Assembly: GCA_046563655.1 (NCBI GenBank)
Contig: CM102288.1
Location: 3,596,001 to 3,660,000, forward strand
Reading direction: 5' to 3'
Source: Yuukianura sp. NJ FZ-2021
Lineage: Eukaryota
Length of the DNA: 64,000 nucleotides
Positions 37,632 to 49,809 of the stretch are shown in pieces. Below the pieces are notes generated by a model. The model ran no database searches and was not told the origin of the DNA. It saw nothing but the letters and a program-made list of their open reading frames with translations. How positions within the stretch are numbered: the stretch's first letter is position 1; the number at the start of each line of letters is the position of its first letter. The position numbers and the translations under genes were made by a program.

Positions 37632-40600
37632 CTAATCAAAATCGTCCATCATCAGAAGCTCCAATTCTTCATTCGAAAATTCACATTCGTTATTCGCGCC
37701 GGACTGGACCCGTGCCGTTTCGGTTTCGGTACGAACAGGATCCATTGTTGTGCTGGATGCACCAGGACTGCTGCTGCTTCGTTTCGATACCGAAACCGGA
37801 TCGACTGTTGAGGTACCGCGTTTGGAAGGAACGACCGTTGAAGTACTTGGAGCTGGTTGTGATGCTGACCTGGCTGTTGTACTGCGACTGCTACCAACTG
37901 CAGGAAAGTAGGAATTGATTAGAGATTGTTGGGATAGCGGTTTGTTTTCTTGTGTTGGCGGCTTGTTTTCCTCTTCCGCTTTGGTCCAATTCGAATGCTG
38001 ATGCTGGATGAGTGCCGCAGCATCTGCTTCTTGGAAATTGTCTTTGCTCAGCCCCACTTTATTCAGCACATCCAACTTGTCCACGACGATTCTCCACAGA
38101 TAGTCGTCTGCAGTATTCTTAGCCACCAAGTACTGAACCAGCACACTGTCCACTTGACCAATTCGGTGAGCCCGATCTTCCGCTTGCGTCAAAATCTGAA
38201 ACCAAAACCATAATTTTTACTACTTTTGTACGTATTGTACTACTTTTTTTTTGAAAATCAAAGTTCTTACGCCTGGATTCCAAAATAGTTCAGCAAAAAC
38301 GATGAGATTAGCTGCAGTCAGGGTGATGCCAGCATTAGCCGCCTGAATGCTCAAAACAGCCACTCGGATATCATCGTTTACTTGAAACAAATCACACACT
38401 TTCTTCCTTTCCTCTGCAGAAGTGGAGCCGTCAATCCGAATATACCTGACAATTCATCATAATTATTTACATATTACACAACATATTACATAAATAAAAT
38501 AACATATTACATAAATAACATAAACTTGTTACATACAAACTCTTAAATAACTGATGACAAGATTCTGAATTGTTAGCAACCGCTTCAATCACCATAACCT
38601 TCCCACCCTAATCAGAACCACTATCGCACAAAAGACTTTTCTTTCGTCTCCTAGCAACCACCCTCTTCATAAAACTCTTATAATAATAATTGACTTTCTC
38701 CAACCATAATTTCACGTCAATCCTACCTTTCTCCTTTTCACTTCCAAAAATACTTCCTCAATACATCAAGGTACAGTTTAGGAAGTAGGGCTTGTTGACC
38801 TCTGACCTCCAGCCTCGTGCCAACATAATTTTGGGGTCAACAGACCCCAAAATTACCACCTTACGCAACTCACTTGCACGCACTTCCCCCTTACGCACTT
38901 TTCCAAAAAGTCTATCTTACAAAATCTCTTTACTATACAAATCTAGGTCGCACACTCTCATTCTATTTTTAGAAACAGAAAAAAAAACTTCTCATCTTTT
39001 ACTTTCACTTTCCGCTTTTCTTCTCCATTCATGTTACATCGTAATCTCAAAATTTTCAAAATCTCAAAATTTCTGATGATGACTTTGATGAACACAAATC
39101 AATATGGCCATGTCTCATTTTTTCTTCTTTTATCCGTATTTCCAAAAGAAAAAACTAAATCCAAAAAATGACAGTCCGAGAAAGTCAAAATTTAACAACT
39201 TTCTGTTTCCACAAAACTCAGCACTTTCACCCGTTCCCAAAATCTGCCGTGTTTCTAATCCTGAATTCAGGTTTCACTTTTTGTACTTTTTTCGCGCCTT
39301 TTTCTCTTATAAAAAGCCTTTTGTTGTGCTTTTCTCTCCTTCCTTTCTTCTTTTCCTTCCGCAACAACTTCCTTTCACTTTCTCCCAATTCCTTCCTCAT
39401 CATCATCATCTCATTTCCCAAATACTTTTCTTCTTCCCCAAAGGACCATCCTCTTTTTGAGACACTTTCTAAAAAAAACAGTTTCGAAAAAAAACGAACT
39501 TTTTTTTCGAAACTAGTTTTTTAAGCCCAGGCTTCTCTAGTCCAACAACCCGCTCTGTGCCAGTTCAAATGAAAGTCGCCTTTCTTCTTCTGATGTGTCA
39601 CTCGACGCCCAAAACAATTCAATTGAAAAAGTTTTTTACGAAAAAAAAAACTTAGAGAAAAACGAGAAACCGAAAAGAAATACACACGCGTCACAGGAGA
39701 TTCGGACTTTCACTTTTCCTTAGAAAATGAAAACCAACTCTACTCTTTTTTGTGTGCAACGACACAGACAGACCGCCCAAATTTCAAATTTCCACCTGAA
39801 TGAACTTTAGATTTGGACGAACAGAGAAAGTAAAAACTTTATTTAATACTTCCGCTGCTCCTGAAGCTACCAAGGATTCCCTTCCAGAAACAGAACAAGG
39901 TCTCCTTCGTCTCATTTCCCTTTTCAATTTCTCCCTTTACTCAGGTATGGCCTGGCCGATGACCTTTGACATTTTTTTGAGAGTTCCACGTGCCCAGCAC
40001 TCCAAAAACTTAAGTGTTTAGGTTAGCCCAGGAGAAGCCTTAGAGAGACAATGGGTTCAATTGGTTCATTAACAGGGGAACCTTCCACAACTTTCCGCCC
40101 TTCTAATTTGAGCCTTTTGTCTCAACTTGATGAAGAGCATTCAACCGAACAAACCGAATTCAGACACGGCTCACTCATAACTCACAACTCAACACCGAAT
40201 TCAGTCTGTATCCGGGCATCAGGTTAACCCTAACCTCAATTTCTTAGCCTAGCTTTAATCCAAGGTTAACCCCAGTTTAATCCAAAGCTAACCCAACTTT
40301 ACTTCGAGTTTTTACTAAAATTTTGACTTACTTGCATTTAAGAGATTCGAGCGTCTGCGAAACCCCGTCCAAAATGACCCGATGATGTGCAAAACACAAA
40401 AACTTCTTCCCATCTTCCACCAAGTCTGCAATGTAGCTCCTAAGAATTGAAAAAAAAAAAGAAAAAAACTCATTCTATTAGGAATTCTCATAAAACATAA
40501 GTTTTTGGAATTCTAATTTCCTTTCTTTCCTTTTTAAACCAGATAGAAAAACAAGCCCAAAACACAAAAGCAGATTGTAGACGAGTTTATTTAATTAAAC

Positions 40601-43600
40601 TCCCAAATGGAGAAAGTACAGAGAGGTCCATTTAAGTTTTCATCATGGTTTGAGCCATTTCCCAAGATGACAATAATCACAAAAACAGAAAGTTAAACGC
40701 GGAAGACTCAAATGAGGTTATGACGAACCTCATTCCTTCACTCACAAAACTTTCACCAAAAAAAAATCTTAATCGCTCTACTGCTCAAAAACAACAACAA
40801 CAAAGCAAAGCAATAAAAGAAAATTAAACATCCCAGGAGAAAGTTGCATAAAACTTTCATAACCAGAACCACCTTTACCATAACCACCTATGCCATAATC
40901 ATTTCCCCCAAAAAAAATTTAAAACTATAAGTATTTTTAGAAGAAAAAAAAACAGAATGATTATTTTTTGAGTTTCTCGCTTTCACTTTCATAACGGAGA
41001 ATTTATAACGAATCTCGAAGAGAATTTATAACATGGCTATTTTTTGGCAAAAATCCGCGAAACCCACTGCTCTTCCCAAACGTCAAAATTGACAAGTGAC
41101 TAAAGCCACTTTCCGCAGAACGGACTTTCTGGAGGCACCTAAAAATGTCCAGGACAACTGAAGGGTGACACTGTCACAAAAGCTACCCCAAAACTGTCTC
41201 CCTCCTACCTCACTCCAACAAGTTCAAATTGATTTCCTCATTCTGCTTTTTCAATTCTCCAAAACCCACCTTAAAAATATCCCTTCAAATTCAGTTCTCG
41301 TAAAGTGACTCCAGCCAACCAAATCCACCAATTTCTCTTCCTGCCACAAAGGGGTCAGTCAAGGCCCCCCATAAACCTCAGTCTCACAAAAAGTGGAGCC
41401 TTCCAGAAAAGAAAAACTGTAAGATCATGTTCAAATTCCCATTGTATCCAAAGTCCCAGTTACTCCAGAATCCTCAAAACGTGTCTAGTTGCCCCATGTT
41501 TCAAAAAGTGGAAATAAGAATCCCCTAAAGCCAAAACCACTTTCTCTTCTTTTCTGTCATTGTCAGCTTCCTTGATCCCTCTCTCTCCTATAGCCTAACG
41601 TTAACCTAGCCTAATGTTAACCTAACTTAAACCTAACATTTCAAATTGGATTTCAATCCATATTGGCTTAATCGAAACAACCTCCTCAAAAAATACGTCT
41701 TCCTTTTCTCAAAATCTTCCTTTTCTCAATAAAAAAAAAATCAGTCCAACTTTTCAAAAGAAGAAAAAAAACGAAAGTTTAGCTTAGTTTATAATACTTT
41801 GTCATGTTCAGATTAACTCAATTCCCACTTCTCACCATCCATTCATTCCAAATCCTACAGCTACAAGCATCTATACATGCATAACATAACCTTAGTCTAA
41901 CATAACCTAACCTTAGTCTAAGTTACACAAAACCGGAGAATCTCATTCACGCCAAAGTCTCCGAAAATCCTGAAAAACGCAAAAAGTGTCTAAAAGCCTG
42001 AAGTATTTCCGGAGCCAAACGCATGAAATTCACTTTCTCTTTCTTTTTTCCCCTCACTGCAGACCCATTTTTTTTAAAACTAAAAACATGAAATCTCAAA
42101 AAAAAATTTCAGTAGTACATGATGAATGCCAGGTAAATCAGGAAGATCAAAGGACAGATTAAGTCCTGCGTTTTGAACTGGACAAACCCTGGAGAGAGCT
42201 CTGTTGGAGAAAAAAGATCAAAGCTTAGAGTTCATACGCTTCTGGAGAGCATATGAACTTTCACCAAACACTACTTTCACTCTTTAACATTTTCCAAAAT
42301 TAGTGTACAGGACTACACGCTGTATTCAATTCACATTTTCAATGTTAATTCGAAAACGAGCCGGAACGGTTCCCCTCATAAACATTCCAGCTCGTGAGAA
42401 TATTGCGGACCACTCTGTATTTTTCCTGGCTTTCACTTTCACTCTGCTTGTACAACTTTTCATCTGAATCTCTGAAAATCTGTTTCCCAACAACAAATTA
42501 CGTCAAATCCCTGGCTGAATCCAATTAATCCTTACAAAAGAAAATTATGAACAGGTCTTAAAAGTTAAACTATTAGAGCATGTCATGGCACACGGGTAGG
42601 GGGCACACACACAATCTTGGGCCAAAATTCAAAACAACATCAAAGGCACGTTCTGCATACAAACAGAGACACACAGAGGCCTCAGTTTCCTCTGATCCCC
42701 TCCAAGTCCTGAATTCAAAATTTTGAGTAACCAAGGAAACCGACTTTGTCAAATCTTCAAACCTGCTAAATTCTTATGTCGTGAGAGGGTGTGGAGCTTG
42801 TTGCGACATCTTCATGCTCCAGCTCCACTCCCACTTTGAAAAAAAGTTAAGCTGATTTGAAAAAAAGTTAAGCCAAGTTGATTAACTTACGTCACGGCTT
42901 CTAATTTGGCATTAGCCGTTTCCGAAAAGTAGGCCAGAAGTTTCCCATGTGCTTCAGTCCCGCTTTTTAGGGCTTTTGATTCGTTGAACGCTGATGCTTT
43001 AGACTTGAGTTCCTTTCCGGAACATTTTAGAACAAGCTTTGGATCGAGAATTAGCATTTGCCTGGAAACAGACAAAAAAACAAAGAAATTCATTAATATC
43101 AGTTTAGCGTGTGTTCTAAACAATAAAGTAAGAGAGAGGCAGAGAATCCAATCAAGGATGAGCAGCTAGCAGCGTCGAGGGTATTCGCGTAATGATGATA
43201 AACTAGAAGCAGATTAAGTCTGCAAATTACGCTGTTTCAAGGGAGGGGGAGGGGGATTAGAAAAACGAAACAAATTAGAGCCAAAGTCCTCTGAGATTAC
43301 GTTTTTTGTTCTAATTGAGAACAAAACTAGAAAACTCGAGCAGGAAGTTCCCAAATTACAACTAAAACAGGAACATAAGCAAGGACTTGGAAAGTATTCA
43401 GAAAAGTCAGAGGTCAACTACCTCCGCTTGGCCGGAAGTTGTGTCAAGACGTCTGACTTCATACGTCTGATCATGACTGTTTCTTCAAGGAGCAGTTGGA
43501 GTTCGGTCATGTTCGAAGCTCCGAGGAAGTCCCATCCCCAGGCGTTCTTCTTTCCAGCACAATATCGGATACCGTATTCGTCGTACCTAAAAGAGAGACA

Positions 43601-45019
43601 AGTCAGATTTAAGTAACAACACGGTCATGAGAGGAATTGAATAATTGAATTGGAAAGCCTAAGCTTACTGAAAGAGATCTGGTTTGAGAGCAGAGACTTG
43701 AGTAAAAAGCTCGATTGGTCTGGACAGAGCTGGCGTTCCGGTAAGCAGAATGGCTCGTTTCGCGTTTCGAATGATTGGAACACAAGCTTTGGTACGAGCG
43801 GCCTAAAGAAACAGAGGTTGTAGAATTATACTTTTAAGCTAAACTTTTTAGTCAATTTACCTTTGAATTTTTGAGGTGATGAGATTCGTCCTGCAGGAGA
43901 CAAAAAAGTCAAAATTGTGTTCAAAAACATTAAAATGACTCCAAATGAAAAGCTGGAATGTGAGTGATAGTCTTCATAACTTACAAATATTACGACTTTC
44001 GGCATAATAGTTTTGTCCTTCAGGATGGAGTCGTAGCTAGCAATTACTACTCTGGAGGTGCCGATAAACTCCCATTCCGCTTTGGAATCAATTACAGTAA
44101 CTGATCCAGCCGGAACAGAAGGCAACCATTTCCAAATCGCTTCTCTCCACCCATATCTAAAAATCAAAACAAAATATTAACAACCTAGTGCTAATAAGTT
44201 GAGTAATTTGTAGCTACTAATTGAGTGAATGAGTACCTCATGGAAGACGGAGTGACAATGAGTAGTGGCCATTCACTGTAGTAGTAATGAGCAATTCCAA
44301 GTGCTTGAATCGTTTTGCCCAGACCCATATCATCTGCAATCAGAATCCGACCGCCTCGCTTTACTCCCAGACAAATCCCTTCTCTCTGAAACTCGAACAA
44401 CGTCACCAGTAGATTTTCGTCTAAGCGGCACAGTACTTCTGAATCCACTTGAAGTGATACTGTTGGTGGGACGTCTTTGAAAATTCGTCGGATGGAAGCC
44501 GGTAGAGCTCCTAGTGTGACGTTCGGCCTTAATGGTTTCATGGCTTCCTGTAGCTTGTCATGTTCAGATATCGGAAAATTCCACTTCTTGATCATTGGTT
44601 CTAGAAAATCAAGAGAAAATAAATCTTCAATTGATAAAATTTATTAACTTCTTTTCAATTATTGATCCATATGGTATGTTACCATATCTGCAATCGGGAA
44701 TAGACTTGAAGATTTGTATGGCTTCGTGATGGTAGGGCATTTCGACACAAAAACGTCGCCGGGAAATGAGGACGCAGGAGCCCTTGACGATTGCTTGTGA
44801 TGATAATGATACTGGTGGCAAGGGTTTGGAGGTCGCCCCCAGATTGATCGTAGTATTGCTCGGAGGGATGGAAGCTGTTGGTCTTGACATCGCTGATGAA
44901 GTGGCAGAAGACGAAGCAGCAGCCATTTTGCTGGCAGCCACAGCATTCCGTCTTTCGATGGCTTTCAAACGATTTTGTTCGATCCGTTGTCGCTGCTCTT
45001 CGGTCAGCGTAGAACTCAT
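37632..45019 (-). CDS. SMARCAL1: SMARCAL1/HARP SNF2-family annealing helicase
   Basis: N-terminal RPA-binding motif [20 protein letters not shown], one HARP domain, [49 protein letters not shown]. Exons 45019-44683, 44600-44237, 44156-43985, 43890-43861, 43802-43669, 43586-43422, 43061-42891, 40439-40332, 38445-38271, 38195-37632. Confidence 0.95.
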
Positions 45020-45206
45020 CCTGACCTTTCTTTGGGCCCAAAATTGACCCGGCGCGCTGTGGCACAAGTTAATTAAGTTGACTTCAGTAATTAATTTAAG
45101 TTACAAATTAACTTTGACGATGATGATTTATGAATGATGAATCGAATTCAATTTCCAACTGCATAAGTTTGTTTATGTTTAGGTTAACATAAGGACTAAC
45201 GACATG

Positions 45207-45392
45207 TATTGTAGCGGCTGCACGGTGTACGCACTCCCCCATTTTTAGTAGCTACACCTGAATGGCACCTTAAGCAGCCACTTTAATCTAAACTAATCTA
45301 AAGTGGCTACATAAGTTCGGAAACAGTGTAGCCTTTTATTGTAGCCACCTGAGAAAAATGATGACATGTGGCTACATTTTGTGGTTACAATA
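45207..45392. mobile_element. Palindromic MITE/foldback-like element, copy 1
   Basis: Ends tattgta..tacaata. Central arms acttaagcagccacttt / aaagtggctacataagt. Several GTGGCTAC-type sub-repeats. Shares sequence with the element at 47.8-48.1 kb. Confidence 0.55.
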
Positions 45393-45730
45393 ACGTGCGT
45401 TACTCCTTGTGCCAATCCATGTTTCAAATCGTCAACTGTTTTTGTTTCAAACCATGTCAAAAGTTTTCCGCCTTTAGTTTTGGCGCCTGACAAAATCTTA
45501 AGTACAATAGTGACACGTATGGGACAATAAGCCAATTTTAAAAGCCTAATTTTGTACATTAAGTAGTGTTCAAATAAACTGTCATTTAATTACCCAACTT
45601 TGGAAATCTGAACAAATACATTTACTGAATCCTTGTAACCTGAATGTAATGTACAAAGAAACTGATTTAACGTGGCGTACAATTATAAAGTTTTGTTTTA
45701 GTGCAATGGATCAATTAGTCAAGGTTGAAT

Positions 45731-47708
45731 TCACTTTCTGTCCACCATTGGCTGAATTGTCACTCCACGACGAATTTGTCCCCAACCGATTAATCTAAAA
45801 GTTAATCATTAAAACTAGTTAGTCCAACTTTTTAGGAAATCTTTGTTATCAAATCGTTTTACCTCCAATGTTTCTCAACTCGTCTGCTCAAGGCAATTTT
45901 CTCACCAACATCAGTACAAACAGGATTGGTCAGTGTCACTTTGGCCAAATCGGCCTTGACAGCTGTAACTCTGCCACCAGTTGACAGAGAGCCAATGTTG
46001 ACCATCAGAACTTCTCCTTTGGACAGTTTCTGGACCTGCAATTTACTTTTAACTTTAAATACAGTTCACGATTCGGTAATTGTGGTACGCAATTTCCAAT
46101 CGGTACCTTTGCTCCTTTCTTGTCCCCTTCCGTACGAACTCCAAGTAATCGACGCAATAAATAATAAGAAATTTCAATTTCAACGTAAATATCCGGTAAA
46201 GCTCCAACTGCTCCAAGGACTTGGCCCACCATTCGATCCGCTCGGCACAGTGTAGAGTCAATCATGGTTCCAACACCTAACCAATTAATCGATCAATTAA
46301 TTATTACTCCAAAAGATTTGTATGGAATGCGGAACTTACCAATTAGACCTCCAGGTACAGCAAACTGAAGATCATTTTGCTCTGCAAAGAGTGACACAAT
46401 TCGGGAGAAGATCGGACGACATGCCAGTTTCCCTTCGGCATCCTTCGACACCAATCCAGGTCGAACTTCAATTTCTTGGCCAACTCTGAGTACCCCCTTC
46501 AGAATGGATCCTCCAGCCACACCGCCCTTCAAGTCCTCAACTTCTGATCCTGGCTTATTGACATCAAATGATCGAATGATGATCAGTCGTGGTTCAGAGG
46601 TGAAGTCTCGAAGAGGAACTGGAATTTTCTTCTCGACGTATTCGCACAATACTTCAATGTTGTATTTGAGTTGGGCTGAAATTGGAATAACTGGAGCTCC
46701 TTCGGCTACCGTCCCTTGGACGAACTTGATAATTTGATCATACTGCTCCTTGGCCTGAGTTTCCTTGACCAAGTCAATTTTGTTCTGAAGAATAACAATG
46801 TGCTTCAGTTTCATGATTTCAATTGCAGCCAAATGCTCCGAAGTTTGAGGTTGTGGACAAGGCTCGTTTCCGGCAACAAGCAGAAGAGCAGCGTCCATTA
46901 CAGCTGCACCGTTCAACATGGTGGCCATGAGAATGTCGTGACCTAATAACGATTCAATTAGTAATTAACTAATCGATTAATCACAATTGGCTGTAGAACT
47001 TATAAGCTTTACCAGGGCAATCCACAAAGGAAACGTGACGAACAAGGCGGAAGCGACCTGAACAATTCGGAGATGAGCATGGAAACGAATCATCCTTGGA
47101 CGACCCACCAGAAATATAATTCGTTGGTCTTGAACACTTCTCGTTATCGCACTTGTAAATCTTGGCATTAGCATAACCTAAACAAATCATAGTCGTGATC
47201 AGTCCATGAAAATCTTTGCTAAATTCATAAACCCAAACCCAGGAATAAATTGAAATCTAACCCAATTTAATTGTAATGTTCCTCTCCAGCTCATTCTTGA
47301 ATCGAACAGTTTGAACACCAGAAATGGCTTTGACAACGGTGGACTTCCCGTGAGCTACATGACCAATCGTCCCAATGTTTATCGTCGCCTGTCTACTGAT
47401 GACCTCTGGTGAAAGCGGATTTAGCTTGGACACATCCTGAAAGAATAAAAAAAGTATTTTTTTTTCAACATCTGAACCAAAATTAAACGATTAATCACAG
47501 TTTTCATGAATCATAACGGAAAAACGAATTGCTTTGTTTCGGTTACTGGCTTTTTTCACGTAAGTTTTTGGCTGATGCAATCCGGAAAATAAACATGTTA
47601 AAAGCCCATATGCCGAAAACCGGCTTTTTGATCACTTACCAAAGTAGCTAAATCCTGCTTTGCCAAATGGGGTTGACCCATGGTTGGTTTCGCCGTTTCA
47701 CTAGCCAT
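45731..47708 (-). CDS. EIF2S3: Eukaryotic translation initiation factor 2 subunit gamma
   Basis: [48 protein letters not shown]. Exons 47708-47640, 47436-47262, 47177-47013, 46942-46340, 46276-46107, 46035-45863, 45794-45731. Confidence 0.97.
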
Positions 47709-47819
47709 GATGGAAACCAATTAATACACTTTGTAAATACCAATTAATTAGTGTCAACAACAATCAAAGATAACAGGAATTCAGACAGATATCCATGTAT
47801 TTTTGCCAAAAGACGGGTT

Positions 47820-48110
47820 TGCTCCGCATGTGATCTGTCGGTTGGGGTAAGGGTTAAAGACCGTCATTGTAATAATCCCACAAGTGTACCCTCGGGGCCA
47901 TTTTAGCGTCTACAACTTGTAGAGTACAAGGGTGGCTACATGGTATGACAACTTATGTTGCCACTTTACGTTAAGTTAAAATGGCTACTTCAGTTGCCGC
48001 TCAAGCGTACCCATCCATTTTAGCCACTAAAAATGGCGGAGTGGCTACACTGTGAGATTACAACGGCGGGAGTTAATCCTTACCTTACCCGATCTGTCTG
48101 CGGGAACTCA
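47820..48110. mobile_element. Palindromic MITE/foldback-like element, copy 2
   Basis: Imperfect inverted arms: ggttggggtaagggttaaagaccgtcattgtaat (~47840-47873) versus attacaacggcgggagttaatccttaccttaccc (~48057-48090). Inner arms acaacttatgttgccacttt / aaaatggctacttcagttgc. Confidence 0.55.
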
Positions 48111-48223
48111 AATCCTGCATGTCTAACAAACGGGTAAACAAGATTTACCGCCTCAGTGACATTATGACAGAATCAATCACAACTTGATGCAAGGTCAATT
48201 AATTCCTAAGAGGTCAAATATTT

Positions 48224-49513
48224 TTAATCTGCAGTTTCTAGAGCAAGCCAGTTCGTCATGTAGAGACAACTGGAAGGATTAATTGGGCCGTCTGGTCTAC
48301 ATTCTTTGAATACTGGACAAACTCCGCATGGGAAAGAGTCGAGTACTGCTTCTACTCCGAATGAACCCCGAGAGTAGTACGTTTTGACCGATCCCTCAGG
48401 GACCATTTCAATCTTGTCATCGTAAATTAAAGTGTCCAAGATCGATTCAATATCCTCCATGGACAGTTCAACCTGAAAATACACAATACAATTGGCTAGA
48501 TCATTCTCCAATAAAAATCGTTCTGTTCATACCTTGCTAATTCCCAAGTTCTTGATGTATTCCCAGATTTCCTTTTGCGTAGCAGTTGCCAGGCGCCTGG
48601 CCGCTAAAAGCCCAATCTGGTTTTGCTTCAATCTGGCCATCTCCCGCTTGCTTTCTAAGAACCGATAGCACTGCTGATTCAGAATGGATACAAATTCTTG
48701 TTCGAAGTCCTGATCGGAATAGAAGGCTCCACCAGTCAGAGATCGGTCAGGTTCAAGGTCATAGAGCATGTACACTTTCTTCTTAGAGGCCTAAGAAACA
48801 AAACAATTGCCGTAATTTTTCTTGCAAGGTGGTTTGACATGCGTGTTAACTCACAGCAACGGACTTGACAGTTTTGATGAGTCGCTTGACCTCCAGAGAT
48901 TTGAGAACCTTGTTGAGTTGTGGCATTGTCAAGTTGGATTTGAACCGAATATCCCGAATCCAAATTCCCTTGTTCTCAGCAGTGGCGATAATGTCATAAA
49001 CGACTTTCTCCTCTTCGTCAGCACCTCGCATTTGGGTTGGTTCGGCCTTTGGTGTTTTCACTTTGTATAGAAGCTCATTTCCTTGTTTGTATAAATCCAG
49101 CAGGCCCTAAAAAGTTCAAAACGTTACTGGATGCTGCTCGTGTATAAAACTTTGTACCTGTCGTGTTTCTAATTACTCTGCCCAGTAAATTATTGATTGC
49201 CGCAGCCCTCTCGTCGGATGTGATAGTTGGAGAGTCATTTTGAATAATTTTATTTGGAATTCCTTTCGGAAACTGTTTGGCAAGGCTCAATATCCTAAAC
49301 AAATAAAAAACTTGAATGAAAAGTGGAACACCAATGTCATAAATTCATCAAACGTTTTTTAATTTCCTACCGTTTTTCAAAATAAGTTAGGGATTCAGTT
49401 CCAGGGATGTCAGCAAAGTCATTGTTGGCCGATGACGTTGACGGTGATGGTCCAGCTCCAGCGGCGTCGTCTAACCTCGGTCTTTTTACAGCCGGTGATC
49501 TTCCAGCACACAT
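48224..49513 (-). CDS. POLR3F: RNA polymerase III subunit RPC6 (C34/RPC39)
   Basis: Five exons. GIWIRDIRFKSNL, KSLEVKRLIKTVKSVAASKKKVYMLYDLEPDRSLTGGAFYSDQDFE, and the C-terminal Fe-S motif PCGVCPVFKEC..INPSSC.YM..WL. Confidence 0.95.
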
Positions 49514-49809
49514 CTTTACTAAAAATCTAGATTAAACTGTAAATAAAATTTTAATTAACGTCACTTAATTACCGAAATAACACGGAGGAAGGAAGTACCG
49601 AAAAGGAAACAACAACGATTTTCTCCCAATGCAATCTGATCAATCACCAATTCTTTTTTGTTTACATTTTTTTTTTGAAAACTTTGAATCATTTTCCCGC
49701 GTAAATGCTCAGTAGCGTCGTCACCTTCTTATTGAAATGAAACTTTTTTAATTGAGTTGTTTAATTTGTTTTACTTTCTTTGATTAATTAATCAAGATTA
49801 ACTAATTAG

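Noticed and set aside
41590..41920. CCTAA/TTAGG-like runs (also ~28130-28170) as interstitial telomeric repeats
   Set aside because: Short and degenerate, with no run of perfect pentamers.
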